Made by a program: the position numbers and the translations under genes | Shown here: positions 1-10,189 of the stretch, one piece after another | Layout of the letters: each line of letters starts with the position of its first letter | Numbering within the stretch: the first letter of the stretch is position 1 | Assembly: GCA_963745035.1 (NCBI GenBank) | Contig: CAVUVW010000014.1 | Location: forward strand, 128,001 to 192,000 | Direction: 5' to 3' | From: an uncultured delta proteobacterium | GTDB taxonomy: Bacteria > Desulfobacterota > Binatia > UBA9968 | DNA length: 64,000 bases | The notes under the pieces: model-generated | Databases searched by the model: none | Seen by the model: only the letters and a program-made list of their open reading frames with translations | What the model was told of the DNA's origin: nothing

Positions 1-247
1 ACGCCACTTGATCTTTCTCCGCGATGAAATCGTGAATGGTCGTCGTGAACTCGGAATACACCTGGAGGATTCTTTCCAGCGCTTGCCTGAATGCTTCGAG
101 TCCTCGGATAGGCTCTGAAGCCTCGGGGCGATGTATCATGCAGTCCGTTGTCACAATCTCATCAAGAATATCAAGGTGGCGCTTATCCACTACTTCCTCG
201 AAATAGCGACGGACGGTTTCTTTATTGGAGTCAGTGGACATGGTCAT
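1..247 (-). CDS. SnoaL-like ester cyclase / NTF2-fold protein (runs off window start)
   Basis: Manual translation MTMSTDSNKETVRRYFEEVVDKRHLDILDEIVTTDCMIHRP...GLEAFRQ...FTTTIHDFIAEKDQVA, typical SnoaL pattern; start may be 241. Confidence 0.8.
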   Translation of the reverse strand, partial: MTMSTDSNKETVRRYFEEVVDKRHLDILDEIVTTDCMIHRPEASEPIRGLEAFRQALERILQVYSEFTTTIHDFIAEKDQVA

Positions 248-470
248 CTCCATTTTTCCTTCCGCCGTGAAAAATCACACCACGTGCAGTAACGCGAGCC
301 GTACGAAGCATGGGTGCAAACCTATTCCAAGACGTTCTCGGATTTCAATAATCGCTTATCCCATTTCCCCCCCTCGAGCCAGGTAAACAATTCCCCAGGG
401 CGTACAGTTTTACGCTTACTGAATCATCGCTCTTGGCGCTAAAGAACCCACAAATCCGTTGCCTTTCACT

Positions 471-486
471 TGGCATGGTTGCTGCT
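471..486 (+). promoter_or_regulatory. putative sigma54 (-24/-12) promoter
   Basis: TGGCATGGTTGCTGCT, GG-N10-GC spacing, ~45 nt upstream of ATG 530. Confidence 0.55.
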
Positions 487-529
487 GTTCCCAACCCCGC
501 TGAACCGACTGAAACAAAAAGGAGAGAGC

Positions 530-838
530 ATGAACATATCAAAGATAATTCCGCCAACTGTGGTTATTTTCGCACTGGCGCTGACAGCATTTCCCGCCAT
601 GGCCAAGCAGGGAGGCAATGCCAAAGGCAAGAGCGAGGAAAAGAAGGCAACAAAGGAAAACTCTGGCCGTCAGACTGGTGAGTTACCTTCGGGTTTGCAG
701 AAACACGCGGAGAGAAAAGGCCAGCTTCCCTCCGGATTGCAAAAAAAGCAGGACGAGACGGGGCAACTCACCAAGGGCCTTGAGAACGGCGGCAAAAAGC
801 TAGAGTCCGGCGCCAACAAAAATAAACCTTCGAAGTAA
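530..838 (+). CDS. small secreted Lys/Gly-rich protein with LPSGLQK repeats
   Basis: GGAG RBS, signal peptide (AFPAMA), two LPSGLQK motifs plus LTKGLE. Confidence 0.75.
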   Translation: MNISKIIPPTVVIFALALTAFPAMAKQGGNAKGKSEEKKATKENSGRQTGELPSGLQKHAERKGQLPSGLQKKQDETGQLTKGLENGGKKLESGANKNKPSK

Positions 839-1310
839 CATTTTTGCTCGAATCGAAACCGAAAGCATCGCTCGTATGACATTTAGCTCGATGCCGTTCA
901 AAGGGCTCAACGAATTGGCGATCCGCATTCGCGGCGTTTGCTATTCCGCTTTTAGCTCGCCGCATTTAGGAATTACCTGGGCGATGTTGACGTTGGTAAG
1001 CGGACTAATTTACCTGATGTACGCTGAGCGCAAGGGGCGGATTTTTGACGAAATGGCTGCGAGACTCGCATGACAAGGACAGTAACGCGGTCGGCATCGA
1101 TCGTCTCGAGAGTTGGCTTTAACGGGAAAGTTCCTTCCGAAACCAGCCGTAACGAATCAATATTTTCTAGTGCTGGAGCATCATCTAGTCGGTCCCGCGT
1201 CGCTGCCCCCGCGGTGGTACAGGGTTTTTTTCGCTTCCCCTGAATAGAGCCGGCTAACGCTAAGGCAGAGAAAAACGCTTGCAGCAGGACTCCTCAGCGC
1301 CCTTCGATCA

Positions 1311-1480
1311 TTAGGCCGGCGCCCGGTCGATATGTGAATGTGGGCATCGAGGAAGGCTTCCGATCTTTTCCGTTTCGCACGGCCTGACGTCTTGTTCCTC
1401 GGACGCTCGCCGAGCTGCGCGCTGCAACCGATGAGCCCGGTAAAAACCAAAACCGCGATTACCGAGTTGAATCGTATCAT
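1311..1480 (-). CDS. putative small lipoprotein (one apparent frameshift)
   Basis: GAGGA RBS, MIRFNSVIAVLVFTGLIGC lipobox-like; alternate frame continues EEQDVRPCETEKIGSLPRCPHSHIDRAPA*. Confidence 0.35.
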
Positions 1481-1558
1481 TTTATCCTCACATTTCGGCA
1501 ATCATGATCCCCAAATGTCGTTAGCCAAAAAAGGAGAACCGCGCAGTCAGTGCATCAC

Positions 1559-1627
1559 GATTGAACGACCGACGCGACAGGTCAACCCTTCGAAGCACTG
1601 CTTTGAAGGAGAATTCAATTCAATCCT
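1559..1627. repeat. junction hairpin site A (attC-like / inverted repeat)
   Basis: GATTGAAC...CCTTCGAAGCA-C-TGCTTTGAAGG...TTCAATC, 15 nt past the SBP copy 1 stop. Confidence 0.6.
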
Positions 1628-1642
1628 GGGATCGCCGCCTCG

Positions 1643-2627
1643 TTATTTGATCACCTTATCCGCTCTCGCCAGCACTTTCGGCGGAATCGTCACACCCATT
1701 TGCTTGGCGGTTTTCAGATTGATTACCAGCTCGAACTTCTTGGGCTGCTCCACCGACAGATCGGCAGGCTTGGCACCCTTCAGGATTTTGTCCACCAAGA
1801 TGCTGCACGCCGCCACTGATCGCGACGGTCATGCCATAGGAGATGAGGCCACCGGCGACGGACCAATCAGGCTCCCCGCACATTGTCGGTAATCGGTTCT
1901 TAATCGCAAGCTCCACAAGTTCTCTTCGGTGAAAGGCAGTGAAGGTGCCGTGAAAGATGATAAGGGCAGCCGCCTGCTCTTTCTTCATTGCGGCGTATGT
2001 ATCCAAAAACTGGCTAGGGTCTTTTACCTCCAATGGTTGAATCTGGATTCCCAAAGTCCGGGCCTCAGTCTGTGTCTCTTTCAATTCTTCGTGATCTCCC
2101 GCCCGGACCCCCATGGTAAAGGACAGCCACGCGGGAGACCTTGGGAAAGGTCTGCTTGAGAAGTTCTAACCGCTTCGCACTTAAATCCGGGTCAATGTTA
2201 GTGGCTCCTGTGACGTTTCCACCTGGTCGGCGAGACTGGCAACAAGGCCTTCGCCTACGAGATCACCAGCACCGACTGTAACAATAGGGATCGTGCTGGT
2301 CGCTTGCTTGGCAGCAAGGGTCGCCTGCGTGCCTTGTGTGACAATAATTTCCACCTTCAGACGGACTAACTCGGCAGCGAGATCGGGGAGCCGGTCGGCT
2401 TTACCCTCTGCCCATCGGTACTCAGCCAGGATGTTTTCTCCCTCGATATAACCGAGATCACGCAAACCCTGCCGGAATGCGTCGACGCGGGCAGAGAGAA
2501 CGGAAGGGGAGTTGCCCCCAAGGAATCCCATCCGAGACACTTTCTTCGGCTGCTGCGCCTCAGCTATCACTGCAAATGCAAGCAGCATCGCTGCAGCCAT
2601 GATTGATGACCAATAAGCTTTGTTCAT
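1643..2627 (-). pseudogene. ABC transporter substrate-binding protein (ABC_sub_bind family), copy 1, frameshifted
   Basis: N-term AEAQQPKKVSRMGFL...FRQGLRDLGYIEGENI; C-term [30 protein letters not shown]...ARADKVIK split across several frames. Confidence 0.85.
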
Positions 2628-2665
2628 GGTTCGCCTCTTTCGTGACAAGACTTATCACGAACACG

Positions 2666-2810
2666 GAAGCTGAGAACAGTAATATTTAGGCGGAAGGGAA
2701 AACCAGATTTTTCGAGGTAAAAAGGCTAAATTCGACCTGGAATTGAACTGAACGACGCTTCAATGTGGTGCTGCGGCAGATTGCGTTGATGGAGAATACA
2801 GTTCAATCCT
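2666..2810. repeat. conserved leader plus junction hairpin site B
   Basis: GAGAACAGT...GGCGGAAGG...GGCTAAAT...ATTGAACTGAACGACGC...TCAATGTGGT-GCTGCGGCAG-ATTGCGTTGA...CAGTTCAATCCT. Confidence 0.75.
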
Positions 2811-2814
2811 GGGG

Positions 2815-3808
2815 TTACTTGATCACCTTGTCCGCTCTCGCCAGTACGTTCGGCGGGATCGTGAGGCCGATTTGCTTGGCGGCTTTCAGATTGATTACCA
2901 ATTCGAACTTCGTCGGCTGCTCCACTGGCAGCTCGCCGGGCTTGGCTCCTTTGAGAATCTTATCTACGTAGGTCGCCGCGCGCCGGAACAGGTCGTCAAA
3001 GCTGACGCTGTAGGTCATAAGCCCGCCCTCTTCAACATATTCCGGCCACGGGTAGATCGCCGGAAGCTGGTTCTTTATTGCGAGGTCTGCAATCTGCGTT
3101 CGCTGGGAAATGATGACGAAGTTCGACAGCGCGAGCACTGCTTCAGCACGACCCTTGTTTGCGGCCTGGAATGCAGACCTGAATATCCTTCGGAGCCAGT
3201 ACGTCTAGGTATTGAAGCTGCACCTTGAACGCTCGTGCGGCGACTTCCGTTTCTCTCAACGTTCGAGCGTTGGCCGGCTCGGCTGAACTCCCGAGGACGG
3301 CGACACGCGAGAGCTTAGGAACGATCTCCTTTAGCAGCTCCAGTTGTTTTCCACTGATCTCGGGGGCAAGGATCGAAAATCCAGTAATGTTCCCACTTGG
3401 TCGCGCCAGGCTGGCGACAAACCCGTTTCCAACAGGATCGGTATCAAACCCCATAACGATGGGAATCGTAGCAGTTTCTTTTTTGGCGGGAGCGGTGGCT
3501 GCCGGACCGCCAGAGAGGATGACGTCTACCTTGAGATGAACGAGCTCGGCCGCGAGCGCTGGAACACGTTCGAGTTTTCCCTCGGCATATCGCGAGTCAA
3601 GGACAACGTTTTTCCCCTCACATACCCAAGCTCACGCAGGCCTTGGCGGAATGCCTCGATGCGGTCCGAGACAGCAGAGGGGGAGACAACAGCTAGGAAT
3701 CCTATCCGGGGAACTTTCCGCGGCGGCTGCGCCTCGCTGCGTAAGCAAAGAGGCAATGAGCATGGCGCAAAAAACGAACACAAAAACGTTGCCTTTAGCT
3801 GTTTTCAC
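2815..3808 (-). pseudogene. ABC transporter substrate-binding protein (ABC_sub_bind family), copy 2, frameshifted
   Basis: ORF pieces 3526-3783, 3143-3454, 2815-3138 ([33 protein letters not shown]); GTG start overlaps the copy 3 stop. Confidence 0.85.
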
Positions 3809-4786
3809 TTGATCACCCTATCCGCCCTGGCCAGGACGTTCGGCGGAATCGTCAGACCGATCTGCTTCGCGGTTTTGAGATTGATCACCAACTCAAACTT
3901 CGTCGGCTGCTCGACTGGGAGATCAGCGGGCTTAGCGCCTTTGAGGATCTTGTCGACCATCGAAGCAGCGCGCCTGTAAGGCTCGCCTTGGTCGGCTGCG
4001 TACGACATCAAGCCACCGCCTTCGACAAAATCTCCCCGAAAGTACATCGAGGCCAGCCGGTTTTTTGTCGCCAAGTTCGTGATCAGTTTTTGATGAGAAG
4101 TCGCCAACGTGTGCTGCGTCACGGCGAGCGCTGCGCTACGCACCTTGATCGCCTCTTTGAACGCGCTTTCGTATTGGTCGGCGCTGCTGACCTCCATAGA
4201 GTGGAGTTGCAGGCCCAGTTCTCCTGCCGACAACTGGCTATCGTTCCATAATCGCGCACTGCCTGAATTTTTTGGATCCCACAGCACTGCAACGTGCGAG
4301 AGTTTCGGAATGGTTTGTTTGAGCAACTCCAGTCGTTTGCCAGTCAAATCCGCCGCAATGGTGGTGAACCCCGTGATATTCCCCCCAGGCCGTGCGAGGC
4401 TGTCCACTAACCCGCCGCAACAGGATCAGAAACGGCTCCAATAAAAACGATGGGGATCGTGCTGGTGGCTTTCTTGAGAGCCAACGCCCCAGTCGCCCGG
4501 GCGTCAGGAGCACGTCAACTTTGAGACGAACCAGCTCATCAGCCAGGCCCGCGAGCCGGGCGAGCTGATCATCAGCGAATCGACGCTCGAAAGTTACGTT
4601 CTTACCCTCAACATAGCCAAGTTTACGGAACCCTCGCAGGCATAGATCGAGCCAGCGGTTGAAGCAGCGGACCCGGGTGAGAGCGCCGATTTTCAAGATC
4701 TTTGCTTGCTGCTGCGCCTCGGCGATTTCGGTAACAACAAGCAGCACCACTACAAACAGGATTGAAAAGACAGCCGCTTTCCTCAT
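3805..4786 (-). pseudogene. ABC transporter substrate-binding protein (ABC_sub_bind family), copy 3, frameshifted
   Basis: MRKAAVFSILFVVVLLVVTEIAEAQQ...LGYVEGKNV; SLARPGGNITG...LARADRVIK. Confidence 0.85.
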
Positions 4787-4828
4787 TGCACACCCATGGC
4801 CCGTCATGTGTATCACGTGGTCGGTAGT

Positions 4829-4920
4829 AGAGAACAGTGAAATTTTACGGCGGAAGGCGACTGGTTCGGAGAGTGGGAAGACCGATTTAGCCTTAGATTG
4901 AACTGAACGACGCATCAGTT
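4829..4920. repeat. conserved leader plus left arm of junction site C
   Basis: AGAACAGTGAAATTTTACGGCGGAAGG...GATTGAACTGAACGACGCATC, homologous to sites B and E; right arm absent. Confidence 0.7.
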
Positions 4921-4996
4921 AACTCTCACAAGATTGCATCGGACGTACCCGCTGATGTATACCCCGTCACGCTTAGGACAGAGCAACTCTTAATGA

Positions 4997-6259
4997 TCAC
5001 GGGTTGTTTACTGCTCCCATAAACAATATCTCTTGATCCTGGTTATCGCGAATAGCAAAAAAGAAGGGGCGATTAACTTCCATGTAAAATGTCTTCGGCC
5101 GTGGCCGAACCGAGGTGACTCCAGCGCCCACACTCGTTGCCGCAGCCGCTTCCGTTCCTTCCTCGTTTACATCCACATAGCTTTTGTGTAGCACTTCGCT
5201 TATATTCAACCGATGCTGATCGCTAATTCCACTTAAATCAGCATTATCTTGGAACGCAACTCCCATTCCCAGTTTTGCAAGCAGCAAATTTAGTTCTTTT
5301 GCGTATTCTATTTTGAATCTCGGCAGTAAAATTGTCCCTTCAATATTTTCGTATTGCTTCATCCACTCGTTCCACGCCTTTATATCAAAGCCCCTAATGA
5401 AAGTTTCCAAATTCTTCGGTAGAAAAACATACATACTTAATCGCTTATTCTCTCCATAAGGCAAATTGACACTTTGGAAAGTCTCCGTTTCCAAATACGG
5501 CAATAAGTGCGTTTGCCGCATCAGCGGATGTTTTTTAGATGCTCCATTGGCCGTTGTGAATAACCTGTCTTGAGTTAGTTTTCTATCAAATTCAGTTGTC
5601 CAGCTCCCTTTGAAATACACCGCATTGATCAGATACATCACCATCTCGTCGGGAATGTTCTCCACTATCTTTGGTATTTTGCCCTTGGTATTTTTACTAA
5701 CCCAAGAATTGATCTTGCCGACTGCGCTTGGGTCTTTGAAATCGAGGGCAGAAATTTCTGCATTGTAATATTTCGCTGCGGCCGTTAAAAAATCCTGCCG
5801 AAACTCTATTCCTTTTCTCGCCCATACCGAATTAGCAATGGCGAGCTCTACTTTTGGGTCGGGGTTTTTTAACAGATTGATCAGAGCGAGGCTTTGCTGG
5901 TTGACGCTCGAGATGTCTAAATTTTTAAACTGTAGAGTTTTCTCTATCGCATCTTTTGTCTCGCCCTTAGCCCCGTTGTAGACCATGGACAATGCCAGGC
6001 CGATGCTCGAAGGCGAAATAAAAACATTATTATTCCCTTCCGCTTCGACGAGGATCTTAAATAAGTCAAACCCGAACGCATTATGGGCTTGGGAAATATC
6101 TTTAGGCGTTTTATTTGCAACAGCGGCAAGTAAATGTGTTGCCGTCAATGCGAAGCAGGCAAATAATCCGACCATTCCAGAAAAAATCGTGACGGGCTGT
6201 ATTTTTGATGTTCTGGAGTTGGGTAAATAACGGAAAGTTCCGTTTGTAATGAAAGTCAT
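4997..6259 (-). CDS. serpin family serine protease inhibitor
   Basis: NVFISPSSI, YLINAVYFKGSW, LPRFKIEY, hinge EEGTEAAAAT, VNRPFFFAIRD; true start may be downstream. Confidence 0.95.
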   Translation of the reverse strand: MTFITNGTFRYLPNSRTSKIQPVTIFSGMVGLFACFALTATHLLAAVANKTPKDISQAHNAFGFDLFKILVEAEGNNNVFISPSSIGLALSMVYNGAKGETKDAIEKTLQFKNLDISSVNQQSLALINLLKNPDPKVELAIANSVWARKGIEFRQDFLTAAAKYYNAEISALDFKDPSAVGKINSWVSKNTKGKIPKIVENIPDEMVMYLINAVYFKGSWTTEFDRKLTQDRLFTTANGASKKHPLMRQTHLLPYLETETFQSVNLPYGENKRLSMYVFLPKNLETFIRGFDIKAWNEWMKQYENIEGTILLPRFKIEYAKELNLLLAKLGMGVAFQDNADLSGISDQHRLNISEVLHKSYVDVNEEGTEAAAATSVGAGVTSVRPRPKTFYMEVNRPFFFAIRDNQDQEILFMGAVNNP

Positions 6260-6544
6260 CTGATCTCCTCAATAACTGCGCCAGCGGTGGCCTTTGTAAC
6301 TTAGACTATCGAAACTGCCAAAAGTGCCCTTGGCAATGGAATTTTACGAAAGGGCCTGTTTCCCTCAGATTCCCAAGAAAACAGCCCTGCAACGATTTGA
6401 TTTGCCGCGAGATTTCGTTGGGAAATCACTCCTTAAGAGTAAACCCAACAGCAAGCAGCACCGCGGCGACCAGCATTGGTGAGAGACAACTTTCGTAGAT
6501 TCACACGTCATTGGGGAGGCTATTATTTAGCAGGTGCAAGGCAC

Positions 6545-6647
6545 TTGCGAAAAGTATTAATAACGGCAGAAGGCGACAACGTTCCTCGAGGAGAAAACAG
6601 CTACATTGCGCCCGAGATTGAACTGTAGGAGAATTCAGTTCAATCCT
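6545..6647. repeat. degenerate conserved leader plus short junction hairpin site D
   Basis: GAAAAGTATTAATAACGGCAGAAGG...GATTGAACTG-TAGGAGAATT-CAGTTCAATC (perfect 10-bp stem). Confidence 0.75.
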
Positions 6648-6662
6648 AGCGTCGCCGGGTGG

Positions 6663-7645
6663 TTACTTAATCACCCGATCCGCCCGCGCCAGCACGTTGG
6701 GAGGAATCGTCAGGCCGATCTGCTTGGCGGCTTTGAGATTGATGATGAACTCGAACTTCTTCGGTTGCTCCACGGGCAGATCGGCGGGCTTGGCACCTTT
6801 CAATATCTTATCCACGTAGATGGCAGCACGCCGGGACAGGTCGGTAAGGTTCGGCGCGTAAACCATAAGGCCCCCGGCCTCTACAAATTCTTCCCTGCTG
6901 TATATTACCGGGAGGCGGGTCTTTACCGCGAGGTCTACGACCTGTGTTCGTTGAGAAAGTAAGGCGGCGGCAGTCTCCGCGAGGACCGCGCTAGCACGAC
7001 CATTGTTGGCGGTTTGGAATGCAGTCTCGATATCCTTTGGGGCTTCCACCGCCAGCATTAGAAGTTGCAGACCCAACGCCTGAGCAGATACCTCAATCTC
7101 TTTCATTAGTGCCGCGTTTTTCTGTTGAACTTGAGCGACGAACACAGCTACACGAAAAAGTTTAGGTACGATCTCCTTGAGAAGCTCCAGCCGTTTGCCG
7201 ATTAAATCGGTAGACATGGCGCTCAGCCCTGTGATGTTCCCCCCGGTCGAGCCAGACTCACGACGAATCCTGAACCAATGGGATCGTCACCCTGAGTCAT
7301 GACAATGGGAATCGTAGCCGTTGCGTCCTTGGCAGCACGGGTTGATGTTCCACCTCCGGGAACGATCACATCGACTTTGAGGCGGACCAGTTCAGCCACG
7401 AGATCGTGAAGCCGATCCAGCTTTCCCTCAGCCAAGCGATACTCAATAGATAATCGTTTTCCCCTCCACGTATCCAAGCTCGCGCAGCCCTTGCCGAAGT
7501 CCGTTAAATGTTCGATAGTGGCAAGAGAACCGGCTGTTAGATACCCTATCATTGGGATTTTCTTTGCCTGCTGCGCCTGAGCCGTCACTCCAACAGAAAG
7601 CAGCATCATTGCAACCAGGATTGATGGCACCGCAGCTCTCTTCAT
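6663..7645 (-). pseudogene. ABC transporter substrate-binding protein (ABC_sub_bind family), copy 4, frameshifted
   Basis: MKRAAVPSILVAMMLLSVGVTAQAQQ; LVRLKVDVIV; EQPKKFEFIINLK...LARADRVIK. Confidence 0.85.
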
Positions 7646-7680
7646 GGCGCACCTCATTCTTGCGGCTTTTTATCACGGAA

Positions 7681-7815
7681 ACGGAAGTTGAGAAAAGTGT
7701 TATTTACGGCAGAGGGAAAACCAGATTCGTCGAGGGAAAGAAGGCTAATTTCAGCGCAGGATTGAACTGAACGACGCATCCATTCGATGTCACGCGAGAT
7801 TGCGTTGATGGAGAA
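7681..7815. repeat. conserved leader plus junction site E
   Basis: GAGAAAAGTGTTATTTACGGCAGAGGGAAAACCAGATT...AGGATTGAACTGAACGACGCATC...AGATTGCGTTGATGGAGAA. Confidence 0.75.
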
Positions 7816-8091
7816 ATCACTAACGCATAAAGTTGAGCGGCGCGCTGCCACGATAACCACTGAGTTGAAGCCATCCCCCGGCGATCAGTTCGACGCGGGT
7901 TGGGCCGCAGAGTAGACACCAAGCGAAAACACGAGGAACGATTTTGACGATGCAGCCTACGAATCGAGCCAGGCTGTCGCAAACACGGCTATGTCGGCGA
8001 CCGTACGAATGCAGGCGCGCGGCGTGAAAGCTTGCTGAGGCGTCACCAAGGGTGACGAAAATGATGCAGAATCAAATCGACTTTTTCTGCT

Positions 8092-8742
8092 CTATGCGGA
8101 TACACCGGTCATCGCCTGATGCATCGCCGCGCGCCCAGCTGCGAGGGTCTGCGCGTCTGCCAGCTCAGGACGGCCTGTCCCATACGGCGGCTGTGGCGCG
8201 TACTCCATAATCAGTTCGATGACTCGCCCCATGCTCTCTCCAGCCCAGTACCCCGCAAGTGTAATACCGAAGTCGACACCCGCTGTGATACCGCCTCCGG
8301 TGAGCCGATTACGGTCGACGCAGACGCGCTCATTGCTGGGCTCAGCGCCGAATTGATTCAAGGCTTCACGGGCACCCCAATGCACCGCAGCACGATAGCC
8401 TCGCAGCAGTCCAGCGGCCCCGAGTAGCAGGGACCCTGTGCAAACACTGCACACCCAGCGGGCGCGCGACCCGCGATCAGCTAGAAAGGCGATTGTGGCT
8501 GAATCGCTCAGCAGGTCCAATGTGGGTTTCGCGCCGCCGCCGACAAAAAGGACATCTGGATCAGTCCAAGCATCCTCAAAACTGTTGGTCGCCTGCACGC
8601 TGAGACCGCAGTCCGTGGGCACTGCACCGGAACGGTGCCAGGCACACTGAACTTCGTAGCCGGGCAAGAAACTCCACGCCTGAAGGGGACCGACTAAGTC
8701 CAGTAGGGTCATGCCCGGATATACCAGGGCCAACACTTTCAT
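8092..8742 (-). CDS. DJ-1/PfpI family protein (isonitrile hydratase InhA-like)
   Basis: TLLDLVGP, SVCTGSLLLGAAGLL, GGITAGVDFG, MEYAPQPPY. Confidence 0.9.
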   Translation of the reverse strand: MKVLALVYPGMTLLDLVGPLQAWSFLPGYEVQCAWHRSGAVPTDCGLSVQATNSFEDAWTDPDVLFVGGGAKPTLDLLSDSATIAFLADRGSRARWVCSVCTGSLLLGAAGLLRGYRAAVHWGAREALNQFGAEPSNERVCVDRNRLTGGGITAGVDFGITLAGYWAGESMGRVIELIMEYAPQPPYGTGRPELADAQTLAAGRAAMHQAMTGVSA

Positions 8743-8933
8743 AGCGCGCTCTCCTTTGAGTATACAGGATGACCAACTGCAGCTTTCCTCGTTACGCGAG
8801 CGAAAAAACTATAAAGTCTCCGCGATGTCAGGACCAACCGCAAACTTTCGGTTACTTGCGCGTATCAAGATGTTACCGCCTAAGGATCGGAGTCCAGCCT
8901 AGATTGGGAATCTCCTCATTGGATCTACGTCAC

Positions 8934-9756
8934 TCAGGGTCCTGAGAAAGCTTCCGGCGGAACGGAATAAAGGTCCGTTGTCACCTTGGCCACGCCAGGG
9001 ACTCGCTTCACAAGCTCTCGACTTTGTCCTCCATGCCGTGGTCCACTCTTCCCTTCACGTGAATATGGCCACCTTCGGCATGCACTTCGAAGGAAGATCC
9101 GCCTACGTCCGTCGATGCAAATAACAGCGGCATAGCACCCGGGAACCCAGAGCAAGATCCTCGAACGCTCGGCTTGATTCGGCAGTGGGCTGATATTCGT
9201 CGAGTTTTGCCGCTTCGACGATCATTCTGCTTCGCTCCCTCTAGGCGCATCGTTGCCATGTTGAGAACAAGGTCGATAACGATTAGGGTCGCGCCAATCG
9301 GCGCCGAACATGGCCATGAGCCGGCGGCTGCGCGCTTTATCGACTTCGTCGACAAAATGACGCGCCGCGGCGCTCCGTGAGGTTCTGCCGCGCCTTGATT
9401 TGTCTAACGCGAAACTCGATGGGCGCGCTCAAAAGCACTTTGAGCACGTGCCCGATGCCGGGTAAAAGCTCGTGGCCCAAATGGCCGTGGTAGACAATTT
9501 TGCCGTCCTGAGCCAGCTCGCACAGCGCCGCTTGAAGCGCGATCCGATAGGGCCGCAGATCTTGCAGCAGGCGGTCCCACCAGTGCGGGCCCTTCTCTAC
9601 GATCTCGTTGAGTTTTGCTTCGGGGATGCGATAGCGCCGGCCGGCTTCGACGAGCACTTCGCGCCCGACACAGCGGTATCCGAGAGCTTGCGCCACAGAC
9701 TGCGCCAATTCCTGGCCCTCTCCTGAAGAGCCTTGGTAGATCGTGATGATTGGCAT
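8934..9756 (-). CDS. cytidylate kinase-like family protein with C-terminal BON domain (two apparent frameshifts)
   Basis: MPIITIYQGSSGEGQELA...LGYRCVGRE; C-term fragment EVHAEGGHIHVKGRV...VKRVPGVAKV. Confidence 0.7.
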
Positions 9757-9817
9757 GACGATTACCTCCCTGATTTGCTGCTATTACGCCGAACCCGGAG
9801 CGCTCTGTCGTCCCAGC

Positions 9818-10141
9818 TTAGTCGCTCCCGTACTCTTTCCGCCTGCGGAGCCGATGTTCGTATCGTTGGCGAAGGATCGACTCTCTCCCGAGAGGATCGT
9901 AGTTGCAAGGTCCGTAGAAGTCGATGATATCGCCTTCACTCGGATCCTTGAGCACCGGCCGATCCGAAAATAGCGTGTCATCCCTGATCGCTGGAAATTT
10001 CAGATGGCAGAAGCTGCCGGAAGGATCGGGTACCTTCGAAATAACTCCTTCCGCCGCCCATGCGAACGATTCACTGAGCCCGAACAAAAGTAGCGTGACG
10101 GAAACCAACTTGAACCGCGTTTGCCAAGGGAAAGTTTTCAT
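9818..10141 (-). CDS. secreted hypothetical protein
   Basis: Signal peptide (SFAWA), CHLKFPAIRDDTL...DIIDFYGPCNYDPLG. Confidence 0.7.
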   Translation of the reverse strand: MKTFPWQTRFKLVSVTLLLFGLSESFAWAAEGVISKVPDPSGSFCHLKFPAIRDDTLFSDRPVLKDPSEGDIIDFYGPCNYDPLGRESILRQRYEHRLRRRKEYGSD

Positions 10142-10189
10142 CGGCTTGGTCTCCAAACCCTCTCCGCATGTGCCCGCTGAGCAGTAAGC

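Noticed and set aside
254-280. Inverted partial match to the conserved leader (TTTTCCTTCCGCCGT)
   Set aside because: Only ~14 nt, overlaps the RBS region of the SnoaL gene; could be chance.
4787-4915. MRRSVQS... upstream peptide (also in ORF 7654-7860) as a conserved leader peptide
   Set aside because: Identity is confined to the DNA repeat arm; the rest diverges in protein and frame, and site B lacks the ATG.
1559-7815. CRISPR array interpretation of the recurring motif
   Set aside because: Spacing is kilobase-scale with whole genes between; no regular spacers or cas genes.
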